Shown: positions 50,601 through 64,000 of the stretch, one piece after another
How positions within the stretch are numbered: the stretch's first letter is position 1
How the letters are laid out: the number at the start of each line of letters is the position of its first letter
NCBI RefSeq assembly: GCF_009914755.1
Contig: NC_060937.1
Source of the DNA: the human T2T-CHM13v2.0 reference genome, Homo sapiens
Length of the DNA: 64,000 nucleotides
Reading direction: 5' to 3' (one strand)
Translations under genes and position numbers: made by a program
Notes under the pieces: generated by a model
Seen by the model: only the letters and a program-made list of their open reading frames with translations
The model's database searches: none
Told to the model about the DNA's origin: nothing

Positions 50601-53007
50601 AGGAAAGAACTTTCATGGGTAACATATCATTTTGATACTATAGAAAAATACAAAATTTACTTTTATAGGTAAGTTTTATTGAAAAAATTTGGATTCTTCT
50701 AAATCCAATTATTTTTCAGCTATCAAAATCTAATTTTTAAACATAGCTTATGGAACATCATTATCTTTAAATTATTTAATATCCAACTAGAAAAAGATAG
50801 TTAATGCATATACTCTGGAGGTGGTTTAAGTCTCATCTTAGACTGTGATAAGCTGTACAGAAAGTACATGGCAGGGAACATACTTTCTCCATGAATATCT
50901 TCATTAGCTAGACTTTAAAATAATACTTAAAATGAGCAGATTTGTTCAGTTGCCTTGCTCTTTCCATGAGAATCACAATTCCTTTCCAGTCTTCTATTTC
51001 ATAGAAAGGCATCAATTTTGAACAACAGTTAAATGATTGACTTTGATATAAACCCTAAGTAATTTTGAAAGAACTATTCAGAGACATTTTATATAACATA
51101 CTAAATAATCTTGCAGAAACACTATCATAAAAGATGAAATTCTTTGGAGTGAAAGGCTATTGCATGAAATCGATATAAAATGTAAAGGGTTAACCAAGGC
51201 TGACTTTTTTAAAACCAATTTTCGGTGGTTAATATTTGCCAAGACCTAAAGGAATTGCTATTTTGCATGAAGTAATACATTTCACTGGAAGTGAGTTAAA
51301 GTGTTTTTGGTATTTGCTCTACATGAAAGGTTATATAGGCAGTGGGGAGGAGGCTGAGTTTTATGATATGCTCTTCACATCAGGTCCTAATATTTGGATT
51401 TTGAGTCTTTAAATATACACTTATGAAATATTTTATCTTCCTGATAGAAGAAATAGGCTTGTTAAAACCTGTTTAAAACATACCCTATCAAAATGCTTAC
51501 TACTGACTGGGCATTTTCCCCATGATTCCATTTTAACTTACCCGTGTCAAACTCCTGCCTCCTAGCCATTTTGGCACGGTTAGCTTAATGAAATAAAAAA
51601 GAATTAAAAAAACAAAAAGGAAAAAAGAAAGAAGGAAAAAAAAAAAAAAGCTATAATGGGCTAGACTGAGCTGGTAGCCCTAAATGCTTTTTTTCCACTT
51701 GGATTTGTTTTAATGAATACCATTTCAACCTGCCCTTATTCACCTTTATGTGGAACTGGTATTTGAATATATCAAATGTCAGCATTAGCAGCACAATTTG
51801 CATGCCTCATTTTGAAAGCCAAACTCTTCTGTTCAGAGGGACAACATTCAAATCACCATGCAACATTGTTTTCATAGTTACAGATAACGTAATTTGAGTT
51901 TTTCCCCTATAATGCTTTTGGGGAAAAAATAAAGAGGATAATAAGAGTTTTATCCCAGAATGAGGTCACCACTGATTACTTGGGCCCAATCTCACCACAT
52001 CTAGATAGAGCAAACTCCATCATACCTAATGCCTGCATGCAATTTTTTTCCTCAATTTTCTAAAGAACAAGAAACATCTGCCTTTTTCAGTCTCTTCACA
52101 GTATCCAACCCCATGCACAGATGTTTTCAAAACCACGTTGTCTGTGAACATTTAAAGGAATACTATATTTGCATAAACTCTGGGAATTCCAAGCTCTGTG
52201 CTTTCCAAACTGTTTTAGTTTTTTAAATCAACATTTTTTTGTTCTGTACCCATCATTTTGTTTTACTCCTCATAAAGCAGACATTGTGTGCACACATCTG
52301 TTAAATGTGGGCTGCATTTATTGCAGTTCTGTTCTTCCAGAAACAGGAAGGATTAATTACCACAGACCGGCTCTAGAAGCACCCCCGTGTTTCTTAACAC
52401 ACAAAATTAATTCAGAGTTGACAAAACTCTTTCAGACACAGCCTGCTTCCTGCTGATGGCGCTTTATTAGCATATTCTTCCCAGAAAAAAAAATGCCTGA
52501 TGGACCCTTTTTACCTCTCCTCTGAGTTCAATTTGTACAGCAGTGAGTGACAGGCAGCAAAATGGCTTGAATATATCTAAGGCAAGTTGCCAAAATCCTC
52601 CCGATAGAAGCACTTTGGAGCCTTTGTTCAGAGTACATTAAAGTCACAGAAGGTCCATGTACTGTAGACGGGACGGGGCAAGCAGGATGTTCTCAGTAAG
52701 ACAAAACAGCAGGTGATAAATGACATTAAATAACAGTGAGAATTTACCACAGACTAAATTAACTACTGGAGTGAAATGTTCTCAGCTCTAAGGCTATATT
52801 AACAGTGAATTTATAATTAGGCGATTATCATTCTTTTTAGTGTTTGAGGAAGTCTATATGTAAAAATGATGAAGACAGCTCTATTTGACTCTGGAGACAC
52901 ACTGCTGGAAGTGGTTCTAAAAACGCTGGAGAATAATTCTTCTTTCAGGACTTACAAAGTCATTTATAAAAATAAGTGTTGGAAGAGAATTAGATGGTTG
53001 GATATCT

Positions 53008-53010
<3 letters not shown>

Positions 53011-53038
<28 letters not shown>
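53011..53038. repeat. (AC)14 microsatellite
   Basis: Uninterrupted AC run. Confidence 0.97.
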
Positions 53039-53041
<3 letters not shown>

Positions 53042-54849
53042 GTTTATTAATAATTGCAACCTCAGAGAACTGACTGCCAGAAAATTTAAATCCTCCAAAG
53101 TAAAAACTTGTAGATGTCCTCAAAATTCATCAGTAGTTGATTATTGGAATAAAATGTTTTTCGGATAAACGTTGATTTTGTCTTTGTCTTTCCATGACAG
53201 GCTGTATCCTTAAAAAACAGATATTTATTTTCTAAATCTTAAGAAATTCATTTATGATGTTGCTTGTACTTATAACTTTAAAAGAGTCCTTTCATTTAGA
53301 TTTTACCCTAAAACCTCTGAGAATCAAAAGAACTGCAATATAATCTTTCAAAAACTGTCAAGAAAAAGAATGAGCTGCTAAATTTGTCATTGACTAGGTT
53401 GTCCTAAAATCAGCACATAGCAATCGTTTCTGTCAAACACCCTTAAACAAAATAATAATTTAAAAACCTACAATAATCTTCAAATAATTTTTCTTTACTC
53501 ATTATTTTTCTATGCTTATGCCCAGTGATTAGTGCTTCACTGTTTTCTGAATATTCATACGAACCCTTCCCTTCCTAAAAGGGGAACAAGTTCCAAACGG
53601 TGTCAGAAGCACATTTGGGTCTTTGGTAGAATTCTCACCATGTAACATCTTGAGCATTTTCCATGAGGATGTCTTGTAAAGCTAGAACACTTCACTTTGG
53701 GAACCAAGCCCTGAATGTCTAGACACATTATAATGCTTGGTTACAATTGCATTTCCATTGTAAACTAGTATGCATTCATTCATAACTTTCTCCAAAATTC
53801 TCCTTTAGGGCTTTAAACTCTCCAGGCTTAGCCTCAGCCAAAAGTGAATATTTGGAAAGTTTCTGCTAACTCCATTTTTATCAGATATTGACTTATATGA
53901 CTCAAAAAATCATTTTCCATATGTCCGTAAGAACGATTACCCAAAAATGTAACCCAGGAGGAGCTGACTTTTATAATTTAAAGTTTTGAATAAGACTAGT
54001 CCTTTGAGAGACAAACTGAAAAGCTGGAGTAAGAGTTTCAAATTTAAAGCCAAAATTTGTCTATATACATGCATATTCCACTGAAGCATCAATACATCAA
54101 CACACAATTTTATTTTTTCTCAATTCTTTTGGGGATATCCCTCTATGTGCTTACATATTATGTCTTGAAAAAAATTATCAGTGAAGTCTCAAATAATCTA
54201 TTAGAAGTTCAAGGCTAGTGGAAGAATCTCTTTATATGGAGAGGAGGATAAATTTTTCTAACATGGCTATACTTCCTAATAACACGTTCAGTCCCCTGAC
54301 ACTTGGTTCTGTGCATTACATTGCATATGGTGCTTCCAGACATCCTTTAGAAGTGTATGAGATTGGCTCTGATGTGGTACATTGAGAAAGTAAAATAATA
54401 ATAATAAAAAGAAGTGTGTGAGCTGTTGGTGTAGGTAGAATGGAGGATTTTACAATCTGTATTATTTTGAGTTTTTTTCTTTTCTTTTTTTTTTTTTTTT
54501 TTTGCATAACCTAAAATGATTCTAAGTACACCACGTGTATGAGATGATTACATGTAGCCTTTAGGCAGATTTGCTCACTGCAACCCACTTCCTCTCTTCC
54601 TCACTCTTACAATCCTCTCTGCCTATCTTGGTCACCCAGAGTTCTGAGCTTCCCTGGGGACTTGCTTCTCTAAGACATTAACTAATGAACACTGAGTTAA
54701 TGACTTAATGTATTAGCCTTTCCAAAATTATTTTTATTTAACAGGATAGTAATAAAAGCAAGAATAATTCAAAGTAAAAAATAAAGCTAGTATTCCAATT
54801 TAAGATATTTGGCACTTTGTCAATGGGAATATTTTATTCAAAGTCACTT

Positions 54850-55035
54850 CACAGCAAGACATTAGTAAATTACTTATTTAACTTCTATGCACCTCAATTT
54901 CTTCACCCAGAGAAAAGGAAAAATCACAGTGCCTACTGATTTGGCTACTTATGAAGTTTAAACAGTGTTGTGAATATACGTCACTTAGAAGAGGTCTGCT
55001 TCAAAATGTCCTCAGTAAATATTAGTTATCATTAG
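54850..55035 (+). mobile_element. MIR
   Basis: ttacttatttaacttctatgcacctcaatttcttcac...cagtgcctac...cacttagaa...ctcagtaaatattagttat. Confidence 0.7.
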
Positions 55036-55149
55036 TGTCACCACTATTATTTTTATTGTGGTTATCAGAGATAACTACAAAGAGATCCCTGAAAATTTAA
55101 ACTCTAGAGCTAAACCCAGTATTAACTATAATAAAAGTTTTTCCCACTT

Positions 55150-55415
55150 TTAAATTAATAATTATAATTAATATATAATATAGTAAAATTATATATGTTA
55201 TATATTTTATATATGAATATAATGTATAATGTAAAATTATATACATTATTAAACTATAAAATTATATAGTAAAATTATATAATGTATATTTAATATTTTA
55301 TTTATATATAATGTATAAATATACATATTTATATGTAATGTATATATATTATTTATACACATATATACACATATATAATATATACATATATTCCATTTTA
55401 TATATATACACACAA
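55150..55415. repeat. AT-rich (TA)n-like low-complexity tract with repeated gtaaaattatat
   Basis: Nearly pure A/T with a recurring gtaaaattatat unit. Confidence 0.85.
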
Positions 55416-56367
55416 ATATGATCTGGGGAAAAGGTTTCGTGCATACACACACACAAAATTCCTTTTCAAGCTTTCTGAAACAGATATTAACTGCCAACAA
55501 ATATAAATTACTAAGAATATCCACATATTGTAAGTTAATGGCCAGTCTATGGTGATTTCACCACAGTTGCCCACAAAGTATGTGTGCATGAACTCATGTG
55601 GTGTCAGCAATCCATTCAACACCATCCCACATGTGATCCACTACCCCAAACCATTTTTCAATCTTTTCAACATTGTACATTCTTAATTCGAGGACCATAA
55701 AATATTCATTAAAAATTAGTCAATGTACGGTCTTATTATTTACATTATGATATCAATAATTTGTATATTTTGGTGTGGATAAAAAAACATGAAATATTTC
55801 TATCCCCAATTTTTTTTATTTAAAAAGAAAAGCCTTTGCCAAAATGAACTTAGAGACTTTTCAGCAATGTGGCACTTGTTGCCAGAAACAAAAAGAACAC
55901 CCATGAAAGTTAAAGAAATTGTAATGTGATAATATTGGGAAAAATCAGCTTGTATTTTTTTAATGTTTATCACAATATGACAAAGGCATTACACTGATTT
56001 TTTTGCAGTAACAGAATAGAGAAGAAACACCTTCTATGAATATTTCACAGTGAGTTTAAAAATCATAAGCCTTTTTATAATGACTCATAGATCATAAAAT
56101 AAGTTAGACAATTATAACTTCACTGAAGTATAGTAATTTAGAAAATTACCCATATCACAAGTCAATGGTAGCAAAATATCAAAAAAATGAAAGCCTTTCT
56201 TCTAAAATCAATAACCCCTTGTCAGTATGTGTGCTTTCCTTTCTTTACGTTTATTATTAGGGACAATTTCTACTAATTGTGACTAAACTTAAAGGATAAT
56301 TGAGTAAAAATTACATGTAAAATGCATTTGCTTGTTTTTTTATAAGGTTAGTAATGACTCCATATTT

Positions 56368-56590
56368 CAATAATTAACATTTATGTAACACATACCCGTT
56401 TATGAAGCACTTTTCTACCCAGGAGCTCATTTCATTGGTACAGGGACCCTGTGATGCATTCATTAATACTTTCATTTTACAAGTGAAGTTAAGTGGTTTA
56501 CCCAAAGCCCTGCTTCTCTAAATTATAAGAAACAAGAGTCGGATTAAGGTCTTCCAGATCACGAATTCTACCATATCACACTACCTCTCT
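56368..56590 (-). mobile_element. MIR (MIRc/MIR3-like)
   Basis: taacatttat...ctcatttcat...cattttaca...gttaagtggtttacccaaag...accatatcacactacctct. Confidence 0.6.
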
Positions 56591-56627
56591 CTACTATTAT
56601 TTCTACTACAAATAATAATTACATTTT

Positions 56628-56935
56628 TATTTTATTTTATTTTATTTTATTTTATTATACTTTAAGTTTTAGGGTACATGTGCACAATGTGCAGGTTTGT
56701 TACATACGTATACATGTGCCATGTTGGTGTGCTGCACCCATTAACTCTTCATTTAACATTAGGTATATCTCCTAATGCTAGCCCTCCCCCCTCCCCCCAC
56801 CCCACAACAGGGCCCGGTGTGTGATGTTCCCCTTCCTGTGTCCATGTGTTCTCATTGTTCAGTTCTCAATGACCAACAATGATAGACTGGACTAAGAAAA
56901 TGTGGCACATATACACCATGGAATACTATGCAGCC
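56628..56935 (-). mobile_element. L1PA4-like 3' end with a 5' inversion
   Basis: Antisense L1 3' UTR from 56628 to ~56867, joined to a sense L1 segment from ~56868 to 56935. 13 bp TSD ataattacatttt at 56615-56627 and 56936-56948. Confidence 0.93.
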
Positions 56936-56969
56936 ATAATTACATTTTAAATGACTCTTAAACAAGAGA

Positions 56970-57190
56970 CATTGAGAATTTATAATATGCCAGGCAGTGT
57001 TACGTGGTTGATATTCGTTATTATATTCAAAACAACAATGTGAGATACAAACTTCATATGAAGCATTTTACAGATAAGGAAACTGAGGTTCAGGATATTT
57101 AAGAAATGTTTTAAGATTACAAAGCTATTACATAACAAAACTGGGAACAAAACTTCAATCTCCCTGCACCTGGAGTCTGTGTACTTAGGC
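56970..57190 (-). mobile_element. MIR
   Basis: atgccaggcagtg...cattttacagataaggaaactgaggttcag, the MIR core in antisense. Confidence 0.8.
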
Positions 57191-57600
57191 AGGATGAATT
57201 ACTTGAAATTATTTTCAGCAAGGCCTCTTTGTGGGCCTTCGTGGAAATTGCTGAATCTCTTAAAGCAAAGGTGATATAATGAACCTGTTCTCTGGTGACT
57301 GCTGAGCACATGGTGTTGGTGGGTACTATGACATTTATCTCACAGATTCCTATCATCAAGGATCCAAGTGAAGTGAGAATTTAGATACAAGGTTAAGGAA
57401 CCCCAAGATGGAATACAATGGTCATGTAGATTTCAGAAAATGCATGAATTTAACTCTACAGGAAGTGTGAAGCCATAGAGATAGAACCTGTGAGAAGACG
57501 TTACTGTAGCTAAGTGGTTGTGAATGATACCACATTAACCCATTAAATTCTCCTCAGTGAAGAACACCCCCACGCCCCATCATGCCTGTTTGGAGGTGAT

Positions 57601-57808
57601 TGTGTTAGGACATGTAATATGCAAAACACAGGTCAGGCTATGGGTATAATTCTATGTGTGGGGATCACGTGTGTTAAGACACAGATTACACAAAACATAG
57701 GGCAGGCTGCGGGTATAATACTGTGTGTGAGGATCACGTGTGTTAGGACACGGATTACACAAAACATAGGGCAGGCTATGGGTATAGTTCTCTGTGTGAG
57801 GATCACGT
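57601..57808. repeat. 69 bp x3 minisatellite
   Basis: Units start at 57601, 57670 and 57739. Unit 3 reads tgtgttaggacacggattacacaaaacatagggcaggctatgggtatagttctctgtgtgaggatcacg. Confidence 0.96.
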
Positions 57809-59256
57809 AAAATGGAATCACGCAGAAAAAATGAGGAATAAATGAATGAGTTTTGTTTGTTTGTTTTTTTAATGGGATGTCTTGGCCAGAAAAAAGGTAA
57901 GGGTATGGATGTTCTTGGAGTCAAATGATATTAAGTCAAAAGGAACAAAATAGAACCTTTTGTGATCACTTAAAACTCCTGGAGTAGGTCACTCACAAGA
58001 GTAGGATTAGCTAAAGTCAGAAAGGTTTGAAGCTAGAAATCAGAGAACTACCAGAAGGACATTTCATTAATCTAAATGTATTAGTTAGCCAGGGTCTAGA
58101 CAAGGACTTTACAGAAAACAAAGTAAAGAAAGGGCTAAATGTAATGAAATAGGACTTGAAATGGACATAAGAGATTTAAGATAAGAAGCATTGAATTTAA
58201 ACCCCATTTACATCTGTGAGAACAATGTAATAAATTTTCATAATAAGTAAAAACAATGGCAGCTCATTCAAAGTATTTGCCAGCCCATCTTCTCCATGGA
58301 GATTATATAAAAATTAAGATGAATGAAATTCATTATTATTTCTATTGCTGGGGCATAAAGATATTCTATTTGCTGTGTAGATGATCAACTTAGTTTCCCA
58401 AAAAAGTCAGGAGATAAAAATAAAAAAGCGATTTTATCAAATCTTTTCAACATGTTGATGGATTAAAATATTAAAATATTGATTTTTAATTTGCCTATTA
58501 ACACTGTGATCTACAAGCTATATCTACAACATGCTGTCAGCTTGGATAAATATTATTTAGTATTTAAATTATTTCTAAAAACTGTTTTTAGTGTTTTAGG
58601 CTAATGATTCCAAGGCACTTCAGATTGCATTAAAATTATGAATTTCACAGACACTCCTTTTATTTTTTTTTAACCATTCTTATTAGCATTTTCAGGTTTT
58701 AGAGGCTTTTAATACCTTGTTGCAGACCCAGAGAACTCCGGCTCCTGGCACCTAGTCAAGAGGTGAGGTTACATAACATGTGGTCTTTCATCAGCTGTGT
58801 TGTGTGTGTAAAATCTCTTTCCAATTTCTCTTCATGATGTTGGTTTTCTGAACTTAAATCTTTCAACTTATTAGATGAGTGTAGGAGAATGTGTTAAATC
58901 TGCATATGTCACAGTCTTCTGCTGAACACAGATCTGATCTTCACGGTCTTTGGTGAAGCTGAGACATGCAAATATGTACCAGAAGTTGCAGGGCATCTCT
59001 ACTGAACATACCAGACTAGCTGCCAGGAATGCTGGCTGCTGTCTCTGGGGTCTGAAAGACACTGGGGAATTCCTCATAACTTGTTACACTTTTCTCTAAG
59101 CATGCTCCTAAAATTACAGGGGAAGTAACTCAGTCATCTAAGTTAAAGATATTAAAACCAGTGTCAAAAGAAATAGGCAATCACTCTCACCCCTTCTATT
59201 CAACATAGTACAGGGAGTCCTAGCCAGAATAATTAGGCAAGAACGAGAGAAAAATA

Positions 59257-59533
59257 GGCTGGGCGCTGTGGCTCACGCCTGTAATCCCAGCACTTTGGGA
59301 GGCCAAGGTGGGCAGATCACGAAGTCAAGAGATCCAGGCCATCCTGGCCAACATGGTGAAACCCTGTCTCTACTAAAAATACAAAAAATAGCTGGGTGTG
59401 GTGGTGTGCGCCTGTAGTCCCAGCTACTCAGGAGGCTGAGGCAGGAGAATCGCTTGAACTTGGGGGGTAGAGTTCGCAGTGAACTGAGATTGTGTCACTG
59501 CACTCCTGCCTGGGAGGCTGAGGGAGGCTCCGA
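59257..59533 (+). mobile_element. AluSc-like, tail deleted
   Basis: gatcacgaagtcaagagatc...catcctggccaacatggtg (Sc diagnostics). No poly(A) after gctccg. Confidence 0.92.
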
Positions 59534-60311
59534 TTCAATTTTTATATATTTTTATATATATCTGACATGATTTTTATATATAGAAAACTCTAAGGAATCC
59601 ACTAAAAATGTGTCAGAAATAATAAATGAACTCAGTAAAATTTCAAGATATAAATTCAACATAAAAAAATCAGAAGAGTTACTCTACACTAACAGTGAAC
59701 TACCTGAAGAAGAAATCAAGAGCTATTTACAAGAGCTAAAAAATAATAAAATACTTAGGAATAAATTCAACAAAGGAGGTGAAAAAACAGTATGCCAAAA
59801 ACTCATAAACATTGATGAAAAAATAGAATAAATAAATGAAAAGATATCTGTATTTACAGATTGGAAGAAATAAATTGTTAAAATGTCCATACTGTCCTAA
59901 GAGATCTCGATATTCAAGCATACATTTTTCATAGAAATAGAAAAAAAATCCCAAAATGTGTATGGAAATCAGCAGACCCAGAATAGCTAAACAAACAAAC
60001 AAAAAAAACTTGAGAGAAAAGAGCAAAGCTGAAGGCATCACATTTCCTGATTTTAAACTATATTACAAAGCTGTAACAATCAAAAGAGAATGGTAATGGC
60101 ATAAAAACTGAAAAATAGACTAATAGGAAAGAATAGAGAACCCAGAAATAAATCCACACATTCACAGCCAACTGATTTTTAACACAAGCGCCAAGAATAC
60201 ACAACTAGGAAATGATAGTCTCTTCAATAAATGATATTGAAGTAACTAGATAACCATGTGCATACAAATAAAATTAGACCTTCTCTCACACTATATACAA
60301 AAATCAACTCA

Positions 60312-60662
<351 letters not shown>

Positions 60663-61959
60663 CTATCAGTAAACATAGAGGAAAAACTTCATGACATTGG
60701 TCTGAGCAATAATTTTTGAAATATGACACCAGAAGCACTGGCAACAAAAACAAAAATAAGCAAATGGGATTGCATCAAACTAAAAGCTTTGTAGGGCAAA
60801 GGGAATGACAGAGTGAAGAGACAACCTAGACAATGGGAGAAAAAAACTGCAAATCATACATCTTATACAGGACAACTATTCAAAATATATCAGGAACTCA
60901 AACTACCTAATAGCATGAAAACAAATAACCTGATTAAAAATTTGGCAAAGGACCCGAATAGACATTTCTTAAAGGAAGACATACAAATGGCCAACAGATA
61001 CATTAAAAATGCTCAATATCGGTAATCATGAGAGAAAAACTAATTGAAACCACCGTGAGGTATCACCTCACACCTGTTAGAATAGCTTTTACCAAAAAGT
61101 CAACCGATAACAAGTGCTGGAGCAGATATGGAGAAAAGGAGCCCCTTGAACACTGTTGGTGGGAATGTAAATTCATACAACCATTATGGAAAACAGCATG
61201 GAGTTTCCTCAAAAAGTTAAAAATAGAACTACCACATGATCTAGCAATCCTACAACTGTATATGTATCCAAAGAAAATGAAATTGGTGTGTTGAAGAGAT
61301 ACCCCACTCCCATGTTCATTACAGCATTATTTAAAATAGGTAAGGTACAAAATTAACCTAACTGTCTATCAATGGATGAATAAATAACGAAACTATGGTA
61401 AGTATACATAATGGAATACTAGTCAATCATTAAAAAAGAAAATTCTGTTATGTGAGAAAATGTAAATATACCCTAGGACATTATGTTAAGTGAAATAAGC
61501 CAGGCACTGAAAAACAAATACAGCATCATCTCTCTTGTGTGTAAAATCTATAAAATCTAAAAAAGTTGAACTCAGAAATAGAAAGTGGACTGATGGGTAC
61601 TAAGAGATAGGGTGGTTTGTTAGGAACACAGGGAATGAGGGAAATATTTGTCATGTGAAACAAAATTTTAATTACACAGGAGGAGTAAGTTGAAAAGATC
61701 AATTGCACAACATAATGACTATAGTTACTAGCAATATATTGTATCCTGGAAAAATACCAAGAGAGTGGATTTTAAATGTTCTCATCACAAAAATGATAAC
61801 TATGTGAGGTAATACGTATGTTGATTAGCTCCATTTAGCCATTTCACAACGTATACATATTTCAAAACATTATATTGTGGAGAATAAATATACATCACTT
61901 TATCAATTTTAAAAAGTAAAAATAAGTGAATAAATGGATATATATATATATACACATAC

Positions 61960-62634
61960 TAAAAAGTTTTGGTGAGGATGTAGAAGATATGGCACCATCT
62001 TATGTTGCTAGTGGGGTTGTAAAGTAGTTCAGCTGCTTAGGAAAAGAGTTTAGCAGTTCCTTAAAATGTTAAACATAGACCTATTGACATTATATTGAAT
62101 TGAAAACACACACATACAAAAGCCTGCACAGTTTCTAGCAGCGTTATTCATAATTGCCAAAGAGCAGAATCAACCCAATGCCCATCAACTGTTACATGGA
62201 TAAACAAATTGTGGTCTATCCATATAATGGAATATCATTCAGAAATAAAAAAGGATGAAATATTGATACATACTACAACATTGAAAAATTTGAAAACATT
62301 ATGCAAAGTGAAAGAATCCAGTCAAAAAGACAACATATTCTATAGTTACATTTATATAAAATGTCCAGAAAGGGCAAATAATATAGACCCAGAAAGTAGA
62401 TTATTTTTTGCTTACAATTGAGGTTGGGGGATATGGGGAATGACTGCTAATGGGTACTGGGCTTATCTCTTGGTTTTCCTTTATCCTTGTTGATAAAAAT
62501 GTTCTAAAACTAGTTGTGACAGTGGTTGCACAACTCTGCAAATACACTAAAACCACTAAATTTGAAACATCTTAAATGGGTAAATTGTATGGCATGTGAC
62601 TTATATCTCAATAAAATTGTTTTATTTTTTAAAA
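61960..62634 (+). mobile_element. L1MB7/8-like 3' end
   Basis: ttggtgaggatgtag...ggataaacaaattgtggtctatccata...gactgctaatgggtac...aatgttctaaaactag...gttgcacaactctg...ttatatctcaataaa. Confidence 0.88.
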
Positions 62635-64000
62635 TGAGCAATCATAGCTTCTTTTCTAATTTTAACAAGAGTATGAAGGTTTTTGCATTAATCAAAGACA
62701 CACACACATACCATAAAATGTCATTAACACCTATCTAGTTTCTATTTGCAAAGAAAGAGGACAAGAGGTCAATAATATTATTAATGTCAAACAAGAATGG
62801 GAGAACTATCAAAATTAAATGTTTTTCTTGAAAATGAAAGCAAACAGAAATGCTTATCCTCAAAAGTATAATCACTGAAAAACACATTGAAATATTTTTT
62901 GATTTGCAAAAAAAAATCAAGTTAGTCAAACTGTTTATGTATAAAATTTTGTCATAATCTTAAAATTGCTATAACTCTGTACAAATGCTAATAATTATTA
63001 TTCAATGTATATACTGGAAAAAGTACCCAAATACTATTTCTGTTGATATTGTCCTTTAATTGTGTGTGTAACATTAAAAACAATTGGCATGCTTGCTCTA
63101 ATGCATGGATCAGAAAATCCAGAAGTAGTTTTTGGATCCATTTTGTTCATTGTGCTATTAAGTCTTTACAAATATACTGTATGGTCAATATTATTTTTAG
63201 TGTACCCTGAAGAAGGTAAATATAAAGGAGGCCAGGAGGCTTGGTGAGGTTGCACAGCTAGATCTCTGTTCACACTGGGGAGAATACTGGGCTCCTGCCA
63301 CCAAATGAAGGCTGGGCTGCCTTGCACCTGTCACTCCAGAGATTGACAGATGGAGGCGGGGACCAGCAAATCTCCATGAAGGTGCAGTCAAGTCTCAGCT
63401 TTATGGTGGGATGGATTCAGCGGGTCATGGGTCAGCTGTTGTCCAAAACTGTCTGGAATGAAATAAGGAAGGCTGAGTAGTTCGAGGGACGCATATTAGG
63501 GGCTGATATGACCACAGAGCCAAAGCCTTTTCTCCAGTATAACTTTTATTAGAAATAACTGAGCTATTTTAATTCCAGATTCCTGACATCCTGTGTGAAC
63601 CTCTCAGTTGGCTACAATCTTGGGAGCAAAGATGGATAATATTTATTGGGCACTTTTTCCAACGTTTCACAAACCTGAATAATAGAGGTAAGACTAAACC
63701 GAGACATTGTAATTCTAAGTACAGGGACCTTTTAGTAATCAAATATGCTTTTTGAGAGTTGAATGTTCTATCAGGTCCTTGAGGAGACATCTCTGGTCTC
63801 AAATTATGTTCTGCATCTACTCATAGTGACATAGGGAACACTTGCTGTCATTCTATAATTAGTGATAAAATTCAAGATGGAAATATTAAGGTAATTTGTG
63901 AGAAATACTCTGATTTAAACACAGGAGTCCAGTTTATTTTTAACTGTGTCAATTTTTCCTAGAAATAAAACTCACATTGGGGTTGGGGTGGACTGATCAC

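Noticed and set aside
57601-57808. Regularly spaced repeats as a possible CRISPR array
   Set aside because: Units are contiguous with no unique spacers, there are no cas genes, and the DNA is primate. It is a minisatellite.

Overview
AT-rich, CpG-depleted, non-coding primate (human-like) genomic DNA. I see no CpG island, recognisable protein-coding exon, RNA gene or CRISPR array. Most long ORFs in the track are read-throughs of transposons and the rest resemble no protein I recognise. The window is a transposon patchwork: 7 Alus (all on +), several L1s (L1PA, L1MA, L1MB), MaLR LTRs (THE1, MLT1), a Tigger1 with both ends, MER5A/MER20/MER58A, and MIR/L2 relics. Subfamily calls come from my recollection of consensus sequences, not from a search. 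I found no new gene system. The most interesting signals are structural: an MLT1G-type provirus whose 5' half appears inverted relative to its 3' half; a ~440 bp non-tandem local duplication 3 kb from its donor; a 5'-inverted (twin-primed) L1PA with perfect TSDs; a ~97 bp young L1; a near-perfect 53 bp tandem duplication; a 69 bp x3 minisatellite that creates E-boxes; and several template-switch scars (hairpin, micro-triplication, templated fillers).
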